Part shown: one piece after another, positions 19,153-29,283 of the stretch
How the letters are laid out: every line of letters starts with the position of its first letter
Position numbering within the stretch: position 1 is the stretch's first letter
Origin: Nannocystis bainbridge
GTDB lineage: Bacteria > Myxococcota_A > Polyangia > Nannocystales > Nannocystaceae
Assembly (NCBI RefSeq): GCF_028368995.1
Contig: NZ_JAQNDL010000003.1
Coordinates: 2,016,001-2,080,000 of the forward strand
Reading direction: 5' to 3'
DNA: 64,000 bases
The notes under the pieces: generated by a model
The model's database searches: none
What the model was told of the DNA's origin: nothing
The model's input: only the letters and a program-made list of their open reading frames with translations
Made by a program: the position numbers and the translations under genes

Positions 19153-20541
19153 TCACGCGATCATCGCGTCGATGACGCCCGGCTCGAGCTCCGGGTCGCC
19201 GAAGTCTTCGACCAGCTCGCCGGTGACGGCGCTGAGGATCGTGTTGTGGAACTGGTTGTGCGTCACCCCGCCGGCGTCGATGTACTGGCCGGTCTTGAGG
19301 TAGCCGCCGCAGCTGCCGGCGCACACCCACGGGATGTTGTTGTACGTGTGGCTGACGCCGGCGCCGAGGTCGTTACACCAGATCGCCACCGTATCGTCGA
19401 GCAGCGTGCCGACGTCGGTCTGCAGCGCCGACAGGCGGTCGAGCAGGTGCTTGAACAGCTTGCCGTGCTCGCGGTCGATCACGTGGTGCTTCGACTGCGC
19501 GTCGGGGATCGGGTCGCCCTCCGAGCCGTCGGCGTAGATGCGGTGCGAGATCTGGTGGAACCGCGGCAGCTGGACCCCGTCGATCCAGTACTGCGTGCCG
19601 TCGTTGCCGTCGCCGATCTGCAGCGTCGCCGCGCGCGTGTAGTCGCACGAGAACGCGAACGCGATCAGGTTCATCTGCAGGCGCGTCACCGTCTGGATCA
19701 GCTCGTCGGCGCCGTTGTAGTCCTGCTGCGCCTCCATCTCCATGATCTCGGCGTCGCTGGGCAGCTCGCACAGCAGCTCGACCTCGAGGTCGCGGATCGC
19801 GTCGAAGTGGATCTGCAGGCGGTCGTGGTCGGCCTTGCTCATGTCTTGCTTGCTCATGAGCGCCTGCATCTGCTCGCGGACCAGGTCGTTGACGCTGGTG
19901 CGGCGGGCCTTGATCTTCATCGCCACTTCTTGCGGCAGCGCCGTGATGCCGACGATCTTGGTGTACACGCTCCACGGGTTGCGGTCGGCCGCGCGCAGGT
20001 CCTTGGCCCCGCGGTAGCTGAGCACCTCGTTGATGTAGCCGGCCATGCGGCCCGCGTAGAGCGTCAGCGGGTCGGGGTTCGAGGCCGGGTTGAGCTCGCG
20101 GGCGATGCGGTTGTCGACCGACTCGCCCATCGACAGCGACAGGTTGCCCTTCGGGTCGTCGGACACGCGGGCCGCCGTGAGGCACTGGTTGCCGCCGCCG
20201 GAGTGGCCGCAGCCGTTGCCCGGGAAGCCGAAGCGGGTGCCGCGGACCAGCAGCAGCTTGTCGGCGTAGTCGGCGAGCTCGTTGACGGCCCGCTCGGCGT
20301 CGATCGTCGACAGGCTCTCGGTCGTGACCGGGCCGAGCGCCGACGGCCAGAAGCGTTCGGGCTCGTCGCCGTCCTTCTGGGCGCAGCCGTTGGCCTGGCG
20401 GACGTACACGCAGTAGCGCGGGCGCTCGGTGGCCGCCTTGGCGTTGCGGGGCAGCAGGCTCGGGAGGAACGGCAACGCGACGGTGGCGCCGCCGATGCCG
20501 GTGATGAAGGCGCGTCGGGACAGGTTGCTGGGAAGTCGCAT
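19153..20541 (-). CDS. DUF1552 family Tat-exported protein
   Basis: LSRRAFITG twin-arginine leader, VALPFLPSL, AFSCDYTRAATL, HQISH, TLLDDT. Confidence 0.9.
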   Translation of the reverse strand: MRLPSNLSRRAFITGIGGATVALPFLPSLLPRNAKAATERPRYCVYVRQANGCAQKDGDEPERFWPSALGPVTTESLSTIDAERAVNELADYADKLLLVRGTRFGFPGNGCGHSGGGNQCLTAARVSDDPKGNLSLSMGESVDNRIARELNPASNPDPLTLYAGRMAGYINEVLSYRGAKDLRAADRNPWSVYTKIVGITALPQEVAMKIKARRTSVNDLVREQMQALMSKQDMSKADHDRLQIHFDAIRDLEVELLCELPSDAEIMEMEAQQDYNGADELIQTVTRLQMNLIAFAFSCDYTRAATLQIGDGNDGTQYWIDGVQLPRFHQISHRIYADGSEGDPIPDAQSKHHVIDREHGKLFKHLLDRLSALQTDVGTLLDDTVAIWCNDLGAGVSHTYNNIPWVCAGSCGGYLKTGQYIDAGGVTHNQFHNTILSAVTGELVEDFGDPELEPGVIDAMIA

Positions 20542-20544
20542 GGC

Positions 20545-22329
20545 TTACTCCTCCACCGGGGCGCGGAAGCGGAACGCGTCGCTCGTCGTCAGCTCGACGA
20601 TGAGCTCCTTGATCGAGTACATGCCGTCGCGCGAGCCTTCGGCCAGGCGCTTGATCTCGGCGTTGTCCTGCAGCCGCGGCACCCGACCGTAGCCGTACTC
20701 GAGCAGGTGCGACACGTAGCAGCGGTGGGCCTCGTCGCTGCCGGAGATCAGCTTGGCCAGCTGCACCCCGCCGTCGAAGCTCTGCTTGCCCTGCACGAAG
20801 TTGAACGAGCCCGACGCGTCGACCGGCTTGCCGGCGTCCATCGTCTGCCAGCGGCCGAGCGGGTCGTACTGCTCCATCGCGAACCCGAGCGGGTTGATGA
20901 GGTAGCCGTGGCACGCCTCGCCGCAGGTGCCGACGCCGGTGTGGCGATCGATCAGCTCGCGCAGCGACTCGCCCTCCATCGGCGGCGGCGGCGGCGGCAC
21001 GTTGTTGGGCGGCGGCGGCAGCCCGGTGCACAGGATCTGCAGGTTGAGGAACACGCCGCGGTGGATCGGGTCGTTCTGGGTCGAGCTCGCGTTGGCCGCC
21101 AGGAACCCGAGCTGCGTCAGCACGCCGGCGCGCTGGCTCGGGTCGAGGTCGGTCTTGACGTGCTGGTCGCTGAACTCGCCCTGCGCCCCGTACAGCGGCG
21201 CCAGCGTCGAGTTGACGAAGCTGTACGGCGCCGCCAGCAGCGTCGCCACGTCGCCGAGCTCGTGCTCGAACACCACGTCGTCGACGAACATCATGGTCTC
21301 GCGGACCATCATGTCGCGCATCGGCTCGGCGAACTCGGGGAACTTGTCGGCGTTCTTGTTGATCTTGCTGTAGCTGTCGACCTTGAGCGTCTGGAAGTGG
21401 AACGACGCCACCATGTCGTGCGCGCGCTGGTCGTCGAGCATGCGCGCGGCCTGGGCCTCGATGCCGGCGACCGACTCGAGCGCGCCGCCCTTGGCGGCCT
21501 CGAACAGCTCCTCGTCGGGCATCGTGTCCCACAGCATGTACGACAGCTTGGTCGCGACCTCGTAGCCGTCGAGCGGCACGTTGCCGTCCTCGTCGGGCGC
21601 GTCGCTCAGCTCGACGCGGTACAGGAAGTACGGCGACTGCAGGAACGTCTGCAGCACCACGCGCACGCCCTCGAGCACCGGGTCGCCGCCGCCGAGCGCC
21701 GCGCCCTCGTGGAACACCTGCATGTGGCGCTCGATCTCCTCCGGCGTCAGCGGGCGGCGATACGCCCGCGGCCCGAACGACTCGATGAACCCGCGCCCGC
21801 GCGCGTCGCTGTCGCCCTCGCTCGGCACCAGCAGCGCGACCAGCTCCGCGTCGGCGATCACCTGCTCCGCGATCTCTTCGGCCGCGCGCTGGTAGTCGGT
21901 CCACAGCGTCGCCGACACCACCAGCTTCTCGCTGTTGTTGTCGTAGCCGCCGCTGATTGGGTCGCCGATGAACAGCGACGACTTGCCGATGGTTTGATCG
22001 AGCAGCAGCAGGTCGCGGATCGAGTTCTCCCACTGGCGATGCGACAGCCGCGGCACCCGCGACGACTCGGGCAGCTCGGGCAGCTCGGTGCCGCCGGTGT
22101 CCGTGTCGCTGGAGGGACCGCCGTCGGTCGGTTGGCCGTTGGTCGTCGCGTCGGTGTCGCCGTCGGTCGCGCCGCCGGGACCGCCGCCGGGACCACCGCC
22201 GGGCCCACCCGAGGGATCACCATCGGTCTGCTGCCCCGACATCCCCGAGTAACACCCGGTCGACAGGCAGAGCCCCAAGGGCCACGCCCCCAGAGTTCGC
22301 CACCAATGCGCTCGTCGTCGCTGAGCCAT
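20545..22329 (-). CDS. DUF1587/1595/1592/1588/1585 lipoprotein
   Basis: Lipobox STGC, RLSHRQWENSIRDLL, RAYRRPL, LQSPYFLYRVE, PIHRGVF, INPLGFAMEQYD. Confidence 0.9.
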   Translation of the reverse strand: MAQRRRAHWWRTLGAWPLGLCLSTGCYSGMSGQQTDGDPSGGPGGGPGGGPGGATDGDTDATTNGQPTDGGPSSDTDTGGTELPELPESSRVPRLSHRQWENSIRDLLLLDQTIGKSSLFIGDPISGGYDNNSEKLVVSATLWTDYQRAAEEIAEQVIADAELVALLVPSEGDSDARGRGFIESFGPRAYRRPLTPEEIERHMQVFHEGAALGGGDPVLEGVRVVLQTFLQSPYFLYRVELSDAPDEDGNVPLDGYEVATKLSYMLWDTMPDEELFEAAKGGALESVAGIEAQAARMLDDQRAHDMVASFHFQTLKVDSYSKINKNADKFPEFAEPMRDMMVRETMMFVDDVVFEHELGDVATLLAAPYSFVNSTLAPLYGAQGEFSDQHVKTDLDPSQRAGVLTQLGFLAANASSTQNDPIHRGVFLNLQILCTGLPPPPNNVPPPPPPMEGESLRELIDRHTGVGTCGEACHGYLINPLGFAMEQYDPLGRWQTMDAGKPVDASGSFNFVQGKQSFDGGVQLAKLISGSDEAHRCYVSHLLEYGYGRVPRLQDNAEIKRLAEGSRDGMYSIKELIVELTTSDAFRFRAPVEE

Positions 22330-22337
22330 AGGGAGGC

Positions 22338-22366
22338 AATGTCCCGGTAGCAGCCTGCGCTGTCAA
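22338..22366 (-). promoter_or_regulatory. Putative sigma70 promoter (TTGACA-17-GACATT)
   Basis: Consensus -35, 17-bp spacer, 8 nt before the ATG at 22329. Confidence 0.55.
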
Positions 22367-22482
22367 CCGTGGGCGATCCCCGATGGACTGCCAGCGACGC
22401 CGAGGGGGCCCAGGGCCCCGTGCCTTCTGCGTGTGTGGCCGCTGCCGACGAGCGCGGATACGACCGACGACACGCGTATCCG

Positions 22483-22854
22483 TCAGTGCGTGTCTCGCAT
22501 CTTCTGCAGGCTGCCGTCGGCGAGCATGCGCTCGACGTCCGTGAAGCCGCCGATCAGCGTGCCGCGCACGAACACCTGCGGGAAGGTGGGAAAGCCCGAC
22601 CACAGCTTGATCGCGAGCCGCTCCTTCCACTGGCTCACATACGAGCCGTACTCGAGGTACGTGAACGGCACGCCTGCGGCTTCGAGCGCCCGGCGGGCCT
22701 TCTTCACGAACGGGTTCTGCGCCATGCCGACGACGACCACCGGGTCGCGGGCGATCGCCGCAGTGATCGCGTCGACGATGTTGCGGTGGAAGCTCTGGAT
22801 CTTGTCGCCGACGTGCGGCGCGAGCGAGGACTCGGGGAGGAGGGGGCGAGACAT
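22483..22854 (-). CDS. Glutaredoxin-fold protein lacking cysteines
   Basis: WSGFPTFPQVFVRGTLIGG Grx motif; QNPFV at the active-site position. Confidence 0.85.
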   Translation of the reverse strand: MSRPLLPESSLAPHVGDKIQSFHRNIVDAITAAIARDPVVVVGMAQNPFVKKARRALEAAGVPFTYLEYGSYVSQWKERLAIKLWSGFPTFPQVFVRGTLIGGFTDVERMLADGSLQKMRDTH

Positions 22855-23112
22855 GGGCGCGGAGCGTGGTGCCGGATCCGCCCGTGGCAAGGCTTCGCGC
22901 GCGTGCGCCCGCTCGCGGGCTCGCGTGAGCGATCTGCCCGAAAGGCCCTGTAAGCGGCGCGCGTCGTCCGGCGCGAGCGGGCGACGCGGCACGAGAACGG
23001 CATTCATCGCGGTCGCGTGCGGCGTTTCAAAGCGTATGCGCGGGAAGACCCGCGGCCCCGACGATCGCGTTGCAGGCCGGCGAACGATACCCTCGCCAAC
23101 CTGGAGAGATCC

Positions 23113-26100
23113 ATGCGCCGCCACATCCCGCTCGTCGTCTGCCTCGGCCTCGCTGGCCTCGTCGCCTGCACCGGTCGCCCGGGCCCTTCGGACTCCCAAC
23201 AACAGTCGCAGCCGCGCGCGACCGACGAATGCAAGCTCGAGTGGCGCGCCCCCGATCCGCAGCCGACCGCCGGCGTCGCGCCCTTCTCGCTCACCAGCCA
23301 GGACGGCACCGGCCTCAAGCTCCTCAGCGTCAAGAGCCGCGCCGTCGTCGAGGACCCGCTCGCCTTCACCGAGCTCCACCTCGCGTTCCAGAACCCCAAC
23401 GATCGCGTGATCGAGGGCCGCTTCGAGATCAACCTCCCGCCGAACTCGGCGATCTCGCGGTTCGCGATGCTGATCGACGGGCGCTGGCAGGAGGCCGAGG
23501 TCGTCGAGCTGCAGGCCGCGCGTCAGGCCTACGAAGACTTCCTCCACCGCCGCCAAGATCCGGCCCTGCTCGAGAAGAGCGCCGGCAACCGCTTCAGCGC
23601 GCGCGTGTTCCCGATCCCCGCCCGCGGCGTCAAGGAGATCATCGTCTCCTACTCCGAGGAGCTGAGCTCGAGCAGCGAGCCGTACCGCGTCTACCTGCGC
23701 GGCCTGCCGCAGCTGCAGGACCTCGACGTCGAGGTCGTCGTGCCCAAGGGCGGCGGCGTCAGCGAGAAGACCCGCATCCACGAGACCAACTTCATGCCGC
23801 AGCAGGACCTCGAGCTCGCCACCAGCCGGCGCGCGCCCGAGGTCGGCCTCCGCTACGACCGCCTCGCCGTCGCCCGCATCACCCCCGACGTCAAGCTGCC
23901 GGAGGTCCCCGTCACCGGCGTCACCGTGTTGTTCGACACCAGCGCCTCGCGGGCGCTCGACTTCAAGGGTCAGGTCGCGCGCCTCGGCCAGCTCGTCGCC
24001 GAGCTGCGTGGCGCCGCCGGCGTCGATTTCCCGCTCACCGTCGCCTGCTTCGACCAGGGCGTCGAGCAGGTGTTCGCCGGCCCCGCGAGCAGCTTCGGCG
24101 CCGCCGCCCAGGACGCGATCTTGAAGCGCGGGGCGCTCGGCGCCTCCGACCTCGCCGGCGCGCTGCGCTGGACCGGCACCCAGGCGAAGGTCCACGACCG
24201 CGTCATCCTCGTCGGCGACGGCGTCGCCACGGCCGGCGGCATCGAGCGCGACGTCCTGCGCACCGCCGTGCAGGAGCTCGGCCGCGCCGGCGTGCGTCGC
24301 CTCGACGCGGTCGTCGACGGCGGCCTGCGCGACGAGGCCGCGCTGCGCCAGCTGACCACCGCCGGCCTGCAGGACGCCGGCATCCTCGTCGACGCTCGCC
24401 TGCCCGCGCCGCTGGTCGCCTCGCGGCTGGTGCGAGCCACCAAGGCCAACGTCAAGGTGCATGTCCCCGGGGCCAGCTGGGTGTGGCCGCAGACGCTCGG
24501 CGCCGTGCAGCCCGGCGATCAGTTCCTCGTGTTCGCCGACCTCCCCGTCGACAAGCCGATGCGCGTCGAGCTCGGCGAGCGCGGCGAGGATGTCCGCGAC
24601 ATCAAGCTCGGCGACGCCGAGCGGCCGCTGCTCGAGCGGGCATGGATCCGCGCCAGCATCGATCGCCTGAGCGGCATGATGGGTCACGAGGCCGCCGGCG
24701 ACGCCAAGGCCAAGGCCGACCTCAAGCAGCAGATCATCGGCCTCTCGACGCGCTACCGCGTGCTGTCCGACTACACCGCGCTGCTCGTGCTCGAGACCGA
24801 CTGGGACTACCAGCGCTTCGGCATCGATCGCACCGCGCTGGCCGAGATCCTCACCGTCGGCCCCCAGGGCGTCGCGGTGGTCGACCGCACGCGCCTGCCC
24901 GACAAGCCGATCGTCGTCCAGCCGATCGTCCCCGAGCAGCCCATCGCGCAGGCCGACGACGGCGACGACGACGGCCCGCTCGGGTGGTTCTTCGGCGCCG
25001 AGAAGCGCAAGAGCGAGAGCCGGAACAAGAAGGATGCCTCCGCGGTCGCGGCCAACTTCGAGCCGCAGGCCGAGGCCAAGAGCGAGGCGCGGCCGCTGCC
25101 CAAGCCGGCCGGCGCGCAGGACAAGGGCGGTCGTGGCGGCGACGGTGAAGCGGCCGAAGAGGCGCGGGCGATCGGCGGCGCTCCGGGCGCAGCCGAGGCC
25201 GCGGTCGACGGCATGGCCGACCCGGCGATGAGGGCGCGTGATGAAGCGCCGGCTGACGCTCCCGCACACGCGGCACCGCCGCCTCCGCCCCCGTCCGAGC
25301 CTTCGCCCGAGCCGGCCGGGCCCGCGCCCGTCACCGCCGGAGGCTCGCCGCATGCGGACATGCGCGAGGTCGAGGATGCCGTCACCACGGACACCCGCCG
25401 ACCCACGCGCGTCGCCGCCTCGCGTCGCGCCCCGCCGCACGGCCACGAGGCTCCCCCGTGGGATCCGCAGCCGCGGCCCACCTTCGAACAGCCCAAGCCC
25501 GCCGACGCCTGGGAGGGACGTTTCGCCGATGTCATGTTCGAGGTTCGCGCCGGCCGCGCCGCTCAGGCGCTCACCAAGGCGTGGGAGTGGCGCGACAGCA
25601 ACCCTGGTGACGAGGTCGCGCTGGTCAGCCTCGGTGAGGCGGCCGAGGCCAGCGGCGACCGCGTTTTGGCCGCGCGGGCCTACGGCTCGCTCATCGACCT
25701 GTTCCCTGGCCGCGCGGACATCCGTCGCATGGCTGGCGAACGGCTCGAGGCGCTCGGCGACGTCGGTCTGCAACTTGCGATCGACACCTACGCGCAGGCC
25801 GTGGCCCAGCGGCCCGACCATCCTGCCAGTCACCGGCTCTACGCCTTTGCGCTGGTCAAGGCCGGCCGGTACGCCGAGGCCTTCGCGGCCGCGCTCGCCG
25901 GCGCCCGCCGCAGCTATCCGAGCGGTCGCTTCGCTGGCGTGCAGCAGATCCTCGGCGAGGACCTCGCCCTGATCGCGGCCGCCTGGCTCGGGGCTCAGCC
26001 CGGTGACGCCGCCGCGCAGTCGGCGATCGCCGCTGCCGGAGTCACCCCCGCTCGCAGCCCCTCGCTGCGCTTCGTCCTCAACTGGGAGACCGACGCCAAC

Positions 26101-26532
26101 GACGTCGACTTCCACATTTACGACGGCAAGGGCGGGCACGCCTACTTCAGCCAGCGGCAGCTGCCCTCGGGTGGCCGTCTGTACGCCGACGTGACCACGG
26201 GTTACGGCCCCGAATGCTTCACCATCCCGGGCGACGCCGCGGCGTTCCCGTACGTGCTCCAGGCGCATTATTACAGCCGCGGGCCGATGGGTTACGGCAT
26301 GGGCAAGCTGCAGGCCGTGCAGCACGACGGCAAGGGCGGACTCGCGTTCATGGAGCACCCGTTCGTCATCATGAAGGACCGCGCGTACGTCGACCTGGGC
26401 CGCGTCGACCAGCCGCTGTCGGACCTGAAAGTCGTCGTTCCGCGCCTGCCGTCCGGCCCTGGGGCCCAGGGTCAGCCTTACGCACCGTACACGCCGCCGC
26501 CGCCGGTTCCGCCGCCGCCTTCGCGCTATTAA
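23113..26532 (+). CDS. VIT-domain lipoprotein (VIT, vWA-like, TPR-like, YfaP/DUF2135-like)
   Basis: Lipobox LVAC; FQNPNDRVIEGRF, RRQDPALLE, LFDTSAS; LRFVLNWETDANDVDFHI, DVTTGYGPE. Confidence 0.85.
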   Translation: MRRHIPLVVCLGLAGLVACTGRPGPSDSQQQSQPRATDECKLEWRAPDPQPTAGVAPFSLTSQDGTGLKLLSVKSRAVVEDPLAFTELHLAFQNPNDRVIEGRFEINLPPNSAISRFAMLIDGRWQEAEVVELQAARQAYEDFLHRRQDPALLEKSAGNRFSARVFPIPARGVKEIIVSYSEELSSSSEPYRVYLRGLPQLQDLDVEVVVPKGGGVSEKTRIHETNFMPQQDLELATSRRAPEVGLRYDRLAVARITPDVKLPEVPVTGVTVLFDTSASRALDFKGQVARLGQLVAELRGAAGVDFPLTVACFDQGVEQVFAGPASSFGAAAQDAILKRGALGASDLAGALRWTGTQAKVHDRVILVGDGVATAGGIERDVLRTAVQELGRAGVRRLDAVVDGGLRDEAALRQLTTAGLQDAGILVDARLPAPLVASRLVRATKANVKVHVPGASWVWPQTLGAVQPGDQFLVFADLPVDKPMRVELGERGEDVRDIKLGDAERPLLERAWIRASIDRLSGMMGHEAAGDAKAKADLKQQIIGLSTRYRVLSDYTALLVLETDWDYQRFGIDRTALAEILTVGPQGVAVVDRTRLPDKPIVVQPIVPEQPIAQADDGDDDGPLGWFFGAEKRKSESRNKKDASAVAANFEPQAEAKSEARPLPKPAGAQDKGGRGGDGEAAEEARAIGGAPGAAEAAVDGMADPAMRARDEAPADAPAHAAPPPPPPSEPSPEPAGPAPVTAGGSPHADMREVEDAVTTDTRRPTRVAASRRAPPHGHEAPPWDPQPRPTFEQPKPADAWEGRFADVMFEVRAGRAAQALTKAWEWRDSNPGDEVALVSLGEAAEASGDRVLAARAYGSLIDLFPGRADIRRMAGERLEALGDVGLQLAIDTYAQAVAQRPDHPASHRLYAFALVKAGRYAEAFAAALAGARRSYPSGRFAGVQQILGEDLALIAAAWLGAQPGDAAAQSAIAAAGVTPARSPSLRFVLNWETDANDVDFHIYDGKGGHAYFSQRQLPSGGRLYADVTTGYGPECFTIPGDAAAFPYVLQAHYYSRGPMGYGMGKLQAVQHDGKGGLAFMEHPFVIMKDRAYVDLGRVDQPLSDLKVVVPRLPSGPGAQGQPYAPYTPPPPVPPPPSRY

Positions 26533-26732
26533 AAACCTCGCGTGCGTGTCGGTCGCGCGACCGGACGTGCGCGTGCGATTTTGCTCCGTGACGACGCCGT
26601 GCCCGTTCTCGGGTACGGTTGCGTAATTCCGACGATCCGGACGGATCCACCGCGTCGCAACCACTGCTGCCCGTGGGTTCTTCATCCCGGGTCGCTACGA
26701 ACCACCTGGTTTCTTTTCCAATCGAGGCTCGC

Positions 26733-29075
26733 ATGTCCCGCTCTCGTGCTTTCTTGTTGAAGCTCGTCGCTCCCCTCTGTCTGTCCGCCGTCGGCCTCTT
26801 GGCCTGCGGCGACAGCAGCAGCAGCTCCAATTCCAACAGCGCCTCGAACTCCGGCACAGGCACCGACGTGACCTCCGGAGGCATGACCGAGCCGACGGCG
26901 GGCAGCGTGAGCATGTCGGCCAGCGAGGCCACCGACGGCACCGCGGGCATCTCGGACTCGAACTCGGGCGTGCCGACGACCAGCGGCATGGGCATCTCGG
27001 ACTCGAACTCGAGCGACACGATGACCGAGGACACGACCACCGGCATCGGCGGCGGCGGCTGCGGCGACAACGTGCTCGACCCGGGCGAGGAATGTGACAG
27101 CGGCGCGAACAACGGCGGCGGCAACGAGTGCAAGCTCGGCTGCATGCTCAACTTCTGCGGCGACACGTATATCGGCCCGGGAGAAGAGTGTGACAACGGG
27201 GCCGAAAACGGCGACATGAACTCGTGCAAGCCCGACTGCAAGAAGGCCTTCTGCGGCGACGGCAAGGTCGGCCCCGGCGAGGGCTGCGACGACGGCAACC
27301 AGAACAACGCCGACACCTGCACCAACACCTGCGCGCTGGCCTCGTGCGGCGACGGCATCATCTCCGCCCAGGAGCAGTGCGACGACGGCAACCAGAGCAA
27401 CGAAGACGAGTGCACCAACAACTGCACCGCCGCCAAGTGCGGCGACAACTTCGTCCAGAACCCCGAGCAGTGCGACGAGGGCCCCGACAACGCCAACACA
27501 GGCGACTGCACGCTCATGTGCAAGCTGGCGGTGTGCGGCGACGGTGAGCTCCACAACACCGGCAGCGGCAACGAGGAGTGCGACCTCGGGGCGGGCAACG
27601 GCCCGGGCCAGCAGTGCAACGCCCAGTGCAAGACCAACACCTGCGGCGACGGCGACAAGAGCCCGACCGAGCAGTGTGACGACGGCAACAACCAGGGCGG
27701 CGACGGCTGCACCTCGCTGTGCAAGCTCGAGGAGTGCGGCAACAACGTCATCGACCCGGGCGAGCAGTGCGACGACGGCAAGAACGGCAACCAGGACGAC
27801 GGCTGCACCGACGCCTGCGCCCTGCCGAAGTGCGGCGACGCGCTCGTCCAGCCGAGCCTCGACGAGCAGTGCGACCTCGGCCCCGGCAACAACAACTCCG
27901 GCGCCTGCACCCTGGTGTGCACCGCGGCCAAGTGCGGCGACGGCCTCATCTGGCAGAACCACGAGGAGTGCGACGACGGCGTCAACAACTCCAACACCGG
28001 CACCTGCAAGGCCAACTGCACCAAACAGTTCTGCGGCGACGGCTTCGTCGGCCCCGGCGAGGCCTGCGACGACGGCAACCAGAACAACAATGACGGCTGC
28101 ACCAACGTGTGCAAGATGGCCAAGTGCGGCGACGGCTTCATCCAGCCGGGCGAGCAGTGCGACAACGGCGGCCTCAACAGCAACAACGGCACCTGCACCA
28201 CCGCCTGCCTGACCCCCAAGTGCGGCGACGGCTACATCCAGGCCAGCAACAACGAGACCTGCGACGACGGCGTCAACAACGGCGACAGCAAGGCGTGCCT
28301 CTCGACCTGCGTCCCGGCCAAGTGCGGCGACGGCAAGACCCAGGTCGGCGTGGAGGAGTGCGACGACGGCAACAACGTCAACACCGACCTCTGCACCAAC
28401 ACGTGCAAGGCCGCCAAGTGCGGCGACGGCATCACCCAGCCGAACGCCGGCGAGACCTGCGACGACGGCAACAACGACAACACCGACCTCTGCACCAACT
28501 TCTGCGTGCCCGCCAAGTGCGGCGACGGCTACAAGCAGCCGCAGAACCAGGAGCAGTGCGACGACGGCAACAACGACAACACCGACGCCTGCAGCAACGC
28601 CTGCAAGACCCCCACCTGCGGCGACAGCATCGTCCAGCCGGGCGCGCCGTTCAACGAGCAGTGCGACAACGGGGCCAACAACGCCAACGACAAGGCGTGC
28701 AACGCCACCTGCAAGAAGACCACCTGCGGCGACGGCACCAAGCAGACCCCCAACGGCAACGGCCAGAACGAGATCTGCGACGACGGCAACCAGTCGAACG
28801 CCGACGCCTGCACCAACACCTGCGCCAAGACGGTCTGCGGCGACGGCATCACCCAGAACCCCAACGGCAACGGCCAGGCCGAGACGTGCGACGACGCCGA
28901 CCAGTCGAACGCCGACGAGTGCAACACGTCGTGCAAGAAGACCACCTGCGGCGACGGCATCATTCAGAACGACCCCAAGAACGGCGACGGCGTGACCGAG
29001 ATGTGCGACCAGGGCGCGCAGAACGGCACCCAGGGCTCGTTCTGCTCCGCCACCTGCCAGATCAAGCCGGCCTGA
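26733..29075 (+). CDS. Myxococcales cysteine-rich repeat (DUF4215) lipoprotein
   Basis: Lipobox LLAC, Ser/Thr linker, 20 CG(D/N)...ExCDxG...C...C repeats. Confidence 0.93.
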   Translation: MSRSRAFLLKLVAPLCLSAVGLLACGDSSSSSNSNSASNSGTGTDVTSGGMTEPTAGSVSMSASEATDGTAGISDSNSGVPTTSGMGISDSNSSDTMTEDTTTGIGGGGCGDNVLDPGEECDSGANNGGGNECKLGCMLNFCGDTYIGPGEECDNGAENGDMNSCKPDCKKAFCGDGKVGPGEGCDDGNQNNADTCTNTCALASCGDGIISAQEQCDDGNQSNEDECTNNCTAAKCGDNFVQNPEQCDEGPDNANTGDCTLMCKLAVCGDGELHNTGSGNEECDLGAGNGPGQQCNAQCKTNTCGDGDKSPTEQCDDGNNQGGDGCTSLCKLEECGNNVIDPGEQCDDGKNGNQDDGCTDACALPKCGDALVQPSLDEQCDLGPGNNNSGACTLVCTAAKCGDGLIWQNHEECDDGVNNSNTGTCKANCTKQFCGDGFVGPGEACDDGNQNNNDGCTNVCKMAKCGDGFIQPGEQCDNGGLNSNNGTCTTACLTPKCGDGYIQASNNETCDDGVNNGDSKACLSTCVPAKCGDGKTQVGVEECDDGNNVNTDLCTNTCKAAKCGDGITQPNAGETCDDGNNDNTDLCTNFCVPAKCGDGYKQPQNQEQCDDGNNDNTDACSNACKTPTCGDSIVQPGAPFNEQCDNGANNANDKACNATCKKTTCGDGTKQTPNGNGQNEICDDGNQSNADACTNTCAKTVCGDGITQNPNGNGQAETCDDADQSNADECNTSCKKTTCGDGIIQNDPKNGDGVTEMCDQGAQNGTQGSFCSATCQIKPA

Positions 29076-29124
29076 CCCGGACCTGAGCCCGGCCCCCGCG
29101 CCGGACCCCACGCGCGCCGCGAGC

Positions 29125-29283
29125 GACATGTCCCCAAGGACATCCGCTCGCGGCGCGCCGCGTTGTCGACATGTCCCGAAGGTCAGCCGCTCGCGGCGCG
29201 CCACGTCTCCATGGACATGTCCCGAAGGTCAGCCTATCGCGACGCGCAACGACTCCATGGACATGTCCCGGAGGCCATGTCTC
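29125..29283. repeat. Four 43-46 bp units carrying TGTC-N6-GACA modules
   Basis: GACATGTCCC at 29125, 29168, 29214, 29260; perfect TGTCCCCAAGGACA 29129-29142. Confidence 0.9.

Noticed and set aside
29125-29283. CRISPR array
   Set aside because: Intervening sequences are homologous to each other, so this is a degenerate tandem repeat rather than unique spacers.
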